This document shows, in pieces, positions 49,096-59,000 of a stretch of 64,000 nucleotides of DNA; within the stretch, counting starts at the first letter, position 1; each line of letters begins with the position of its first letter. The notes under the pieces were generated by a model that made no database searches, had not been told where the DNA came from, and saw nothing but the letters and a program-made list of their open reading frames with translations. Source of the DNA: Gammaproteobacteria bacterium (GTDB lineage Bacteria > Pseudomonadota > Gammaproteobacteria > Eutrophobiales > Eutrophobiaceae); assembly GCA_965222155.1 (NCBI GenBank), contig CBDCTH010000012.1:1600001-1664000 (forward strand), given 5' to 3'. The translations under genes and the position numbers were made by a program.

Positions 49096-50709
49096 TCACT
49101 TGTTTCTGAACCCGGAGGCAGGCGCAACCGGAGTGGCCTGTCTGAGCTTATGCATCACTTTAAAAAAGCCATAGCGGCCGTTGACAACGGCAGCGGCAGC
49201 GACCCCGCCCATTAATGCGCCGACAATGCCCAGAGAGCAGATGTCCGACCCGCTGAGGTACAAATTGGCCACCGGTGTTTCAGGTGTCAGCCAATCCAAC
49301 CGATAACGCGCCGGCACAGCCGGCAGACCGTACATCATGCCCTGTTCCCTGCTGGTGAAGTTTTGCATAGTCAACGGCGTCGACAACTCCTGGCAGGCAA
49401 TCAATTGACAAAACCCCGGATAATGGCTTTCGACCAGCTGCAACATGCCATCGGCAATAGTCTGCTTCAACCCCTCATAAGCTTCCCCCCGCTTCTTCCA
49501 GGATTTATCCTGCCATTGCGTAAAATGGTCATAATCCACGAAGCAGATAATTTCAGCCGTCGCGCCCTTCGCAGTCGGGTTTTTCAGTGAGGGAAACGAG
49601 AGATAACAGACCCGGCAGCGCCCTTCCAGGAGCGCCTCGGTATCATTGAGCAAACCATCGTGATCGTAACTTGTAAAAATCCAGTGATTTTCTCCCTTGA
49701 AACCCAACGTGCGCGGGTCGCCCCGAAACCCGATATACAGGGTCGCGGCGCTACAGGCGCGCTCGAAACGCTGCAACTCCTGCATGAATGGGAGGGTGAC
49801 GGATTTCGGCAACAGCTTTTTATACGTCAGGTCGGCGCCGACGTTGGAAATCACGACGGGGGCGTAGAACCTTAGCGCCTGTCGCTTTGTCCCTTTGATT
49901 TTTTCCACCTCCACACCCACTGCCTGGTTGTCGCGCACAAGAATCCTGAGCACCTCATGGTTGACCAGACAACGCCCGCCCCAGGCTTCAATAGCAGGCA
50001 GGATGGCACGCGCCATGCGTTTACCACCACCCGTTGGAAACCAGGCGCCGTTCAGATAATGACGGACGATCAACGCATGGATGGCGAACGCGCTGTGTGC
50101 CGGCGTCAGACCGTAATCACCCCACTGTGAAGCCAGGAGCGCTTTTAATTTCGGATCGGTAAAATACCTGTCCAGGACCGTTCTGGTTGTCGACAAGGCC
50201 AGTTGTTCGCCTGACAGGTTGCGCAATCGTATAAAAGGTTGTAACCAGGATGGTACAAGGGGCTTCAGGTAATGTCTCTGCGACCATGCCGCCGCACGAT
50301 GAATTGCCTTGAAATAGGCATGAATATGTGCTTCCTCGTCCGGGAACCGCCGCGCCAGGGCCGCCTTATAGGCCGCTTCACTGTCCGATACCTCAAAGGC
50401 AAAATCAGGGTAGATGAAACGCTCGAATACCTCGGGCATTTTTGTCCAGCCAAGTCGGCCATCAGAGATAAAGTCGAACACCTGCCTTGGCAGATCGCCG
50501 GGCTGCATCTCGCCCACATAGTGCAACCCGACGTCAAAGTGATAATCACCCCGCCTGAATTCATGGGTCAGCCCGCCCATCGTCCAGTGCTTTTCCAGGA
50601 TCAGCACCTTTTTATGGTTGATCTTTGCCAGCAGGGCGGCGCTCGCCAGCCCGCCGATGCCGGAGCCAATAACGATGACGTCGTAGGTATGCTCAGATTG
50701 CAGCGCCAT
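49096..50709 (-). CDS. Phytoene dehydrogenase/retinol saturase-like FAD oxidoreductase
   Basis: IGSGIGGL, FDVGLHYVG, SQWGDYG, ELSTPLT and G.VGALMGG motifs. Confidence 0.9.
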   Translation of the reverse strand: MALQSEHTYDVIVIGSGIGGLASAALLAKINHKKVLILEKHWTMGGLTHEFRRGDYHFDVGLHYVGEMQPGDLPRQVFDFISDGRLGWTKMPEVFERFIYPDFAFEVSDSEAAYKAALARRFPDEEAHIHAYFKAIHRAAAWSQRHYLKPLVPSWLQPFIRLRNLSGEQLALSTTRTVLDRYFTDPKLKALLASQWGDYGLTPAHSAFAIHALIVRHYLNGAWFPTGGGKRMARAILPAIEAWGGRCLVNHEVLRILVRDNQAVGVEVEKIKGTKRQALRFYAPVVISNVGADLTYKKLLPKSVTLPFMQELQRFERACSAATLYIGFRGDPRTLGFKGENHWIFTSYDHDGLLNDTEALLEGRCRVCYLSFPSLKNPTAKGATAEIICFVDYDHFTQWQDKSWKKRGEAYEGLKQTIADGMLQLVESHYPGFCQLIACQELSTPLTMQNFTSREQGMMYGLPAVPARYRLDWLTPETPVANLYLSGSDICSLGIVGALMGGVAAAAVVNGRYGFFKVMHKLRQATPVAPASGFRNK

Positions 50710-50715
50710 TTCAGC

Positions 50716-51192
50716 TCAGCCGACCGGTTTATAGACCATCCAATAGATCGCGATGACGGGCAGGAGAATCGCGAGCATACCGAAGATGTTCCAGATCAGG
50801 CTCAAACGCCAGTATTGTGCCGGGATGGCACAGCCATCGGTAAAATCCCTCGCCAGCCGGGCCTGTTTTATCTGCACCGGCACCAGGATGCTGATCCAGA
50901 TAATCCCGGATGCGATAATCAGCAACCGACCATTCATTATCCAGGTAATACCCGACGAATTTTCCATAAAAGTCTGCGCCAGGTATTCCCCGGATGCGAC
51001 CAACAGGCCGACTCCTAAGGCAGTGAAAACATAATCTGTCAAGGTCACCTGGCGCTGGGCGAACGTGATGATCTTCACATCACGGGTTCGGTTGGCCATG
51101 TTCTTCCACCACGCAGTGACGATAATGTTACCGAGAAACAGAATAACGCCTAGAATGTGCAGGGTTTTAAATAGTAGATAGGGATCGTTCAT
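50716..51192 (-). CDS. DUF2269-family membrane protein
   Basis: K.LHILG.ILFLGNI..TAWWK, D..FT and WMVYKP motifs; start is 51192 or 51213. Confidence 0.82.
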   Translation of the reverse strand: MNDPYLLFKTLHILGVILFLGNIIVTAWWKNMANRTRDVKIITFAQRQVTLTDYVFTALGVGLLVASGEYLAQTFMENSSGITWIMNGRLLIIASGIIWISILVPVQIKQARLARDFTDGCAIPAQYWRLSLIWNIFGMLAILLPVIAIYWMVYKPVG

Positions 51193-51222
51193 AGTTAACG
51201 GGGCCTCCTTCAAGTGTGGGTC

Positions 51223-51687
51223 TTACCAGCCTTTTAAATGGATGGTGACGGTTTTTTCAGGTGCATTGAACTCAAACAGCGCATCCCGGTAACTTGCCGG
51301 GCCGAAGAAGGTCCGGGGGTTATTTGAAAAACCATAGTCCTCGCTCGGAATACCGATAAAGTTTTTATCCAGTTCCCCATTGTTATTTTCATCGTGGTAG
51401 AGCTTGATCGCGTAGTCCCCATAGGGCAGTCGTTCAAACACATAATCAGCCTGTCCGTCATGCACCTCGGCAGTCACGGACTGATAGGCCTGTTCACGCC
51501 CTGCTTCCCCCTGTCCTTGATCCGCGTCATAGGTCTCTTCAGAAGTAAACAGACCTATCATCAAGATGCCGTTGTCCGCATCAACGTCCTCAACATGTAC
51601 TGTCAGAGCGCCACTCGACGTTTCAGCTATAGTCGAACAAATAAAACCGAGCGCCAGCCAGAGAAAAAATAATATTTTATGAATCAT
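51223..51687 (-). CDS. DUF2141-family exported protein
   Basis: LPYGDYAI..YHDEN.NG.LD.NF.GIP.E.YGFSNN. Confidence 0.9.
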   Translation of the reverse strand: MIHKILFFLWLALGFICSTIAETSSGALTVHVEDVDADNGILMIGLFTSEETYDADQGQGEAGREQAYQSVTAEVHDGQADYVFERLPYGDYAIKLYHDENNNGELDKNFIGIPSEDYGFSNNPRTFFGPASYRDALFEFNAPEKTVTIHLKGW

Positions 51688-51712
51688 GAAGTTGTCCTCC
51701 TTTTTATAATGT

Positions 51713-51732
51713 ATATGAATATATTTGCATAT
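51713..51732. promoter_or_regulatory. AphA-box-like operator between the divergent genes
   Basis: ATATGAA-N6-TGCATAT, one mismatch from the Vibrio AphA consensus ATATGCA-N6-TGCATAT. Confidence 0.7.
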
Positions 51733-51788
51733 GCCTCAAAGGAAGTATAGAATCGTATTCTGGCTGAGTCAAGCGCGGAGGTACATCC

Positions 51789-52328
51789 ATGTCGCTACGT
51801 CATGCCTTATTGGTATCCTTAAGCAGAAAACAAGGTACGGGTTATGAAATCACCTATGAATTTGACCGGGGGTTGGGGTTTTTCTGGCCGGCCAGTCACC
51901 AGCAAATCTATCAAGAACTCGGTAAAATGGCGACAGAGGGGCTGGTCGCGTTCAAACGGGTACAGCAGACCGATAAACCCCCTAAAAAAATTTACCGTTT
52001 AACCGAGAACGGGAAACAATCCCTGGTTGAATGGCTGGCCTCACCGGTAGACATGCCAGCGGTAAAAGACCCCCTGTTGATCAAACTATTTGCCGGGCAC
52101 CTGATACCAACACAAACACTGCTTGATGAAATTGACCGTCATATCGCTGACAACACTGAAATACTGTCACGATACCGCTCAATAGAGCAACAATATTTCA
52201 GCAACCCCGATGAACTGCCGGTCGCCAGCCAGTTCATGTACCTGACCCTGTTAAGGGGAATCTCGGCAAAAAAAGCGTGGCATACCTGGGCATTGCGAGT
52301 CAGGCGGTTTTTGGAAAACCGACCATAG
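51789..52328 (+). CDS. PadR/AphA-family transcriptional regulator
   Basis: MSLRHALL...TGYEI...F...LGFFW.ASHQQIY.EL and KKIY.LT..G, with an AphA-type C-terminal domain. Confidence 0.93.
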   Translation: MSLRHALLVSLSRKQGTGYEITYEFDRGLGFFWPASHQQIYQELGKMATEGLVAFKRVQQTDKPPKKIYRLTENGKQSLVEWLASPVDMPAVKDPLLIKLFAGHLIPTQTLLDEIDRHIADNTEILSRYRSIEQQYFSNPDELPVASQFMYLTLLRGISAKKAWHTWALRVRRFLENRP

Positions 52329-52742
52329 CCCGTATATCTCACCAATTCGCTTGTCATTAGCGGAAAGTTCCTTGCTGTCAATGAGATATCAGGATTATAG
52401 CATTCTGTTGCCATCACCCACTGCGCTGGATGCGCCCTCGCTTGTCTTTTTGATGCGCTCCATCCCTGGAGCGCCCCCTTCGGGCACTCTTCGAGTGTCC
52501 AAATCCATTCCAGATGGATTTGTGTCGCCAGCGGGCACGTGTTCATTGCGCCCATCCCTGGGCGCAACCCTGCGGGCGGCTGTCGCCGTGCAAATTGTCT
52601 ATCCTGACAATTTGTCCCTCAACCAGACAAATCTGCCTGGAGCAGATTTGGACATCCGAAGGATGCCCGCAGGGTGTGCGCCATGGAAGGCGCACATCAA
52701 AAATCCGGCGCGATCATCGCATCCATTGGTGAGATATACGGG
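52329..52742 (+). mobile_element. MITE family A, copy 4
   Basis: Perfect 18-bp TIR CCCGTATATCTCACCAAT / ATTGGTGAGATATACGGG; flanks ATAG and CTAG. Confidence 0.9.
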
Positions 52743-52826
52743 CTAGCAGGTTATTACCTGCCATCCCTGGCGCAGCGTCAATGGTTTCGATAACCCCCAG
52801 CCACAGCCTCCTTGTTGTGTCGTTCG

Positions 52827-52860
52827 CCGGGGAAAAGACACATTAAGTGTCCTTTTCCGG
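52827..52860. repeat. Palindromic hairpin CCGGGGAAAAGACACATTAAGTGTCCTTTTCCGG
   Basis: Imperfect inverted repeat downstream of the adhesin; terminator or REP-like. Confidence 0.5.
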
Positions 52861-53014
52861 CTCACCCCTAAACCAGACAAATCTACTGAGAAATAATGGA
52901 ATAGTCTGTCCCGAAGTCAATCCTGAAATGACCGTCGGTGGGGATGGAATGTCCTGTTCCCAACCGGAGCCGCGTCCCAGAGTGTGCGGCCCGTGTAAGC
53001 CACCCACCGGGGTC

Positions 53015-56000
53015 TCAAATCCCCGCACCCCCCAGCCCGTAGCGCAGCCTCAGCATGAGGCCATGGTCCGGCGACTCGAACATACGCTCCCGGCGCGCAC
53101 TCTCCAGACTCAGAGTCAGCGCGCGGCCCAGCTCGAACACCCCGCCCAACCGGTAACGCCGCCCGCCCCCGTCCACTACCAGGCCCCCATAAGGCGTGAG
53201 CAGACCGCCCCCGGTCGCCAGCCCATACCCCAACTCGGTCTCCCACCGCACCCCGCGGGACGGTGACCCAGGCCCACTGCCCCCAACGTCCGCAGCCCCC
53301 TCCCAGAGCCGCTCAACACCACCGGCCCCGGCCTGCCCGGCAGCCAGGCCGTCCACCACGCCCCACCCCGGGCGCACACGGAACGACAGCCCACGCCCGT
53401 CCGGCCCCGGCGTCAGCACCACCAGTCCCCCGACGCCCCATTCCTCGATGTCCCCCGCGTGCGCCAGCAGCGCCCGGCCATAGCCTTCTACCCGCAGCCC
53501 CCGGGCCGGATCAAACCAGACCAGCCCGCCGCCCCACTCCAGCCCGCCGCCGGTCACGCCATCGCCGCCGTCATGGCGCAGCCCCAACGCCACCGAAGGC
53601 GTCACGGTCCCGCCCCCGGCCAGGCGCTGTGCATGCGAGCCCTCCAGCGCCAGGCGCAGCCGCCACACGTCCGTCGCCAGCCCCTCAATCAACCCCGCCG
53701 CCTCCACCTCATAGCGCGAGCCCCACCACGCACCCTTGAGATTCAACACCGTCGCCCCGCCGGCAACCAGACTGTTGCCTGCAAACAGCCGCACCCGACC
53801 GCCCAGCGCCGCCGTGGCCTGCTCGCTGTCCGCGGCCTGCCGGCCGGCCTCAGCGTCCCGGAGCCGCACCTCGCCTACGCCATAACCCAGGGCGCCCCAC
53901 AGACCTAACTCGGCCCGGGGGTGCCAGCCCACGTAGGGGTAGACACTCAGCAGCCGGCTTTCATGGGCGCCCTCTATGGGCCGGTAGCCGGCCGCACCCC
54001 GGTCGGTGTAGTCAAACTCGCCCTTGGCCCAGGACAGCGCCAGACCCGCCAGCAGGTCGTCCCGGAGCCGGGCGTCCAGCCCCAGGCGGGCGCTCAACAC
54101 GGCGCCGTCCCAGTGCATCGGGTCAGCGGCCCCTGCCCGGTCGTCATCCCCCCCGGACAGGCGCCGGTAATCGCCCCCGCCCCACAGGGTGATAGTGTTC
54201 AGCCCCCCGGCGGCGGGGCCCTCGTCCAGGCGCAGGGCAAAGGACGAGCGCCCCAGCACCTCTGCCCAGCGCCCCGCACGCAGGGACTCAGCCTGCCCCC
54301 ACAGCAGCCCCGCCAGAGTCTCGGCCGGTGTGGCTGCGCCCGGCGCCGCATCGGCACTGTCAATGCGCCGCTCTACGGCGTCCAGGGTACCGGCCACCAG
54401 GGCCCGGGACAATGCCGGCAGAATGGCCCGGTTGACCCGCTTAAGCCGCGCCCGGGCCACTGCCTCGGTCTCACCGGATACCGCCAGGACTACCTTTGTG
54501 CTGACACTCAGGCCCGCCGTGTCGCTGGCCACGACCGTAAAGGGGTAGGCCGGGTGGGTCTCACGGTCCAGCACAACACCCTGCCTGAGAGACAGGGCGT
54601 GGCCGGCCACCTCGAACACCGCCGCCTGCTCACCCTCCAGGGTGAAGCGGTGTTGGTCCCCGGCGTCCGGATCAGTGGCGGACAGCGTTGCCACCTGCAC
54701 CGGGCCGGCGCGGGTGTCGAGGTTCTCGGCGATAGCGCCGTCCGTGACCGGGGCTACCCAGGTGACAATCACTTCGGTCGGTGCCTCGTTGGCATCGGTC
54801 ACGGCAAGGGTCTGCGCAGCGCCGGTGACGCTGAGGCCGCCGCCATCCGTTGCAGTGAGCGTGAAGCCATAGCTTGACTGTGTCTCGTAATCCAGCCCCA
54901 CACCCTGCTTCAGGTAGAGCGCGGCGCCGGTAATCTCGAAGATGTCCGCGCCACTGAGGCTGAAGACGTGGCTGTCGTCGGCATCGGGGTCGACCGCGGA
55001 CAGCTCGGCCAGCTGCACCGGCCCGGCACTTGTGTCCACGTCCTCAGCGATGGCGCCGTCCGTGGCCGGGGGCACCCAGGTGACAATCACTTCGGTCGGC
55101 GCCTCGTTGGCATCGGTCACGGCAAGGGTCTGCTCAGTACCGGTGACGCTGAGACCACCGCTGTCGGTCGCAGTGAGCGTGAAACCATAGCTTGACTGTG
55201 TCTCGTAATCCAGCCCCACACCCTGCTTCAGGTAGAGCGCGGCGCCGGTAATCTCGAAGAGTGTCGTATCACTGAGGCTGAAGACGTGACTGTCGTCGGC
55301 ATCGGGGTCGACCGCGGACAGGTCGGCCAGATGCACCGGCCCGGCGCTCGTGTCCACGTCCTCGGTGATGGCGCCGTCCGTGGCCGGAGGCACCCAGGTG
55401 ACAATCACTTCGGTCGGCGCCTCGTTGGCATCGGTGACGGCAAGGGTCTGCGCAGCGCCGGTGACGCTGAGACCGCCACCATCCGTTGCAGTGAGTGTGA
55501 CGCCATGGCGTGGCTGCGTCTCGTAATCCAGTATCACACCCTGCTTCAGGTAGAGCGCCGTGCCGGTAATCTCGAAGAGTGTCGTATCACTGAGGCTGAA
55601 GACATGACTGTCGTCGGCATCCGGGTCGACCGCGGACAGCTCGGCCAACTGCACCGGCCCGGCGCTCGTGTCCACGTCCTCGGCAATGGCGCCGTCCGTG
55701 ACCGGGGGCACCCAGGTGACAATCACTTCGGTCGGCGCCTCGTTGGCATCGGTCACGGCAAGGGTCTGCTCAGTACCGGTGACGCTGAGACCACCGCTGT
55801 CGGTCGCAGTGAGTGTGACGCCATGGCGTGGTTGCGTCTCGTAATCCAGTATCACACCCTGCTTCAGGTAGAGCACCGCGCCGGTAATCTCGAAGAGGGC
55901 CGTATCACTGACGCTGAAGGTATGGCGACTGTCGTCCGGGTCGACCGCGGACAGCTCGGCCAGCTTCACCGGCCCGGCGTTTGTGTCCACGTCCTCGGCG

Positions 56001-59000
56001 ATGGCGCCGTCCGTGACCGGGGGCACCCAGGCGATAATCACTTCGGTGGGCGCCTCGTTGGCATCGGTCACGGCAAGGGTCTGCTCAGTGCCGGTGACGC
56101 TGAGACCGCCGCCATCCGTTGCAGTGAGGGTGACGCCATGGCGTGGCTGCGTCTCATAATCCAGCCCTACGCCCTGCTTCAGGTAGAGCGCGGCGCCGGT
56201 AATCTCGAAAATGTCCGCACCGCGGACGCTGAAGGTATGGTGACTGTCGTCCGGGTCGGTGGCGGACAGGTTCGCCAGCTTCACCGGCCCGGCGCGTGTG
56301 TCCACGTCCTCGGCGATGGCGCCGTCCGTGACCGGGGGCACCCAGGCGATAATCACTTCGGTGGGCGCCTCGTTGGCATCGGTCACGGCAAGGGTCTGCT
56401 CAGTGCCGGTGACGCTGAGACCGCCGCCATCCGTTGCAGTGAGGGTGAAGCCATGGCGTGGCTGCGTCTCGTAATCCAGTATCACACCCTGCTTCAGGTA
56501 GAGCACCGCGCCGGTAATCTCGAAGACAGTCGTATCACTGAGGCTGAAAACGTGACTGTCGTCGGCATCGGGGTCGACCGCGGACAGCTCGGCCAGCTTC
56601 ACCGGCCCGGCGTTTGTGTCCACGTCCTCGGCGATGGCGCCGTCCGTGACCGGGGGCACCCAGGCGATAATCACTTCGGTGGGCGCCTCGTTGGCATCGG
56701 TCACGGCAAGGGTCTGCTCAGTGCCGGTGACGCTGAGACCGCCGCCATCCGTTGCAGTGAGGGTGAAGCCATGGCGTGGCTGCGTCTCATAATCCAGCCC
56801 TACGCCCTGCTTCAGGTAGAGCGCGGCGCCGGTAATCTCGAAAATGTCCGCACCGCGGACGCTGAAGGTATGGTGACTGTCGTCCGGGTCGGTGGCGGAC
56901 AGGTTCGCCAGCTTCACCGGCCCGGCGCTCGTGTCCACGTCCTCGGCCATGGCGCCGTCCGTGGCCGGGGGGACCCAACTGACAATTACCCCGGTCGGCG
57001 CAGCATTGACGGGCTCAGGGGGAGTAACAGGGGCCGGGGGTTTGACTGTGAGCCTGATCGTGACGGTCTTGGGCTCGCTGCTGAGGCCACTCTCGCTGTT
57101 GGCGGCAATCAGGGTGTAGACGGTGCCCACACGGGTCTCGACCTTCAGCTGGCTGCCAGCGGGTAGTTTATCGCCCGGATCGATGAGGACGTTGTCCTGG
57201 TTATCGCGCAGAGACAGCACGTCCGTGTTCTTGCTCACCGTCCAACTCAGGGTCGACTTGCCGTCCTTGAGCGGCGTGGCCTCGAAGCGGATGATGTCAG
57301 GCGCACCGACAGTGGCCGTGGCGCTAGCCGACCAGGTGCTTAGTCCCTGAGCGTTCACGGCCTGCACCTGCACCTGGTAGGGCTGGCCGTTATCCAGACT
57401 CGTGATAGTGGTACTGGTACCCGTGCCGGTGAAGGGGTGGTCGGTCCATGAGTTGCCCGCATCGGCACTGTAGCGGACGTTGTAGCCCGTGATGGCCGAG
57501 CCGCCGTTGCTGCCGGGCGCTTTCCATGACACCTCAAGCTGACCGTTGCCGGGGGTGAGGGTCGGGGCCGCGGGCGCAGCAGGAGGGCCGACAGGGGTTG
57601 GGGGCACGACCGGCTCCGGCTCCGGTTCCCTGATCGTGACGGTGGCCGGCTCACTCTCCAGGAGGCTGTCGCCGTTGTAGGCGACAAGGGTGTAAACCGC
57701 GCCCGCGCGGGTCTCGACCTCCAACTCGTTGTCGGCGGGCAGCCCGTCGCCCCCCGGGTCGATCAGGACGTTGCCCTGGCCGTCGGCCAGACTCAGCACA
57801 TCCGTGTTGTCGCTCACCGTCCAGCTCAGGGTCGACTTGCCGTCCTTCAGCGGCGTGGCCTCGAAACGGATGATTTCCGGCGCCTTGTAGGGGAGGCTGG
57901 CCGCAGCTTCCTCCGACTCGGTGCCGGGGCCGTCGCCGTTCACCGCCCTGATCTGGAATACATAGGCCCTACCGTTGACGAGGTTCATTACCTTGTAGGT
58001 TGTGGTGGAGGGAGCGCTGCCCGGCATGTCGACCCAGGGCCCCCAGCCAGCGCCGCCACTGTACGGGGAGCGTCGGTACTGCCACTTGATGATGGAACCA
58101 TCGCTCGGGTCGCTCCACGACAAGGACACTTCCGCGTCGCTGGCGCTGGCGCTGAAGCCCGTGGGCTTGGCCGGGGCCGAGACCGAGACCGGCGTGGCCC
58201 GGACAATGTCCGACTCGGCGCCGGGGCCGTAGCGGTTCTTCGCCCTGACCCAAAAACCATATTCTGCGCCGTTTTCGAGGTTCTCCACCGTATCGGTCGT
58301 AGTTAAGGCATCGCTGTTCGGTATATCGACCCAGCTCTCCTGTTCGCCACCGGCTTTCCCCTTGCGCACCTGCCACCCGGTGATGGTGGCATCGCCCAGG
58401 TCGTCCCACGACAGGATGACCTCGCCGTCTCCGGGCTGCGCCCGCAAACCCGTGGGCCGGGCCGGGGCGCTGCCCTGAACCGGCGTGCCGGTGACTTCCG
58501 AATTATCACCGTTACCGTGAGCGTTCACGGCCCTGACACGAAAGGCATAGTCCACGCCGTTGTTGAGGTTCTCCACCCTATAGGTCGTAGTTGAGGCAAC
58601 AACGCTGTTCGGTATATCGACCCAATTATCCCAATCACCATTGACTGCCCCCTTGCGATACTGCCACTTGGTGATGGAAGTATCGCTTGGGTTATCCCAC
58701 GACAGGGTAACTTCGCCGTCTCCGGGCGCCGCCCGCAAACCCGTGGGCCGGGCCGGCGCATCAGCCGAAACCGGTTCAGTGAAGACGATAATCGAAGGCC
58801 TCCCGGGGCCGTGGATGTTGACCGCCCGCACCCGGAAAATATACTCCATACCGTTCTGGAGGCCGCTTATCCTGAAGGTCATGGTCTGATAAGAGCTGTC
58901 CGGCACGTCGGCCCAGTTCTCCCATTGGATGGTGCCTTGCTCCGTCGGCGTACCGCGCCGGTATTGCCAGTTGGTGATCGAGGGGTCGTTCACGGCGCTC

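Noticed and set aside
55286-57166. 626-aa ORF on the + strand (and other long antisense ORFs)
   Set aside because: Antisense shadow of GC-rich repetitive coding sequence; no independent motifs.
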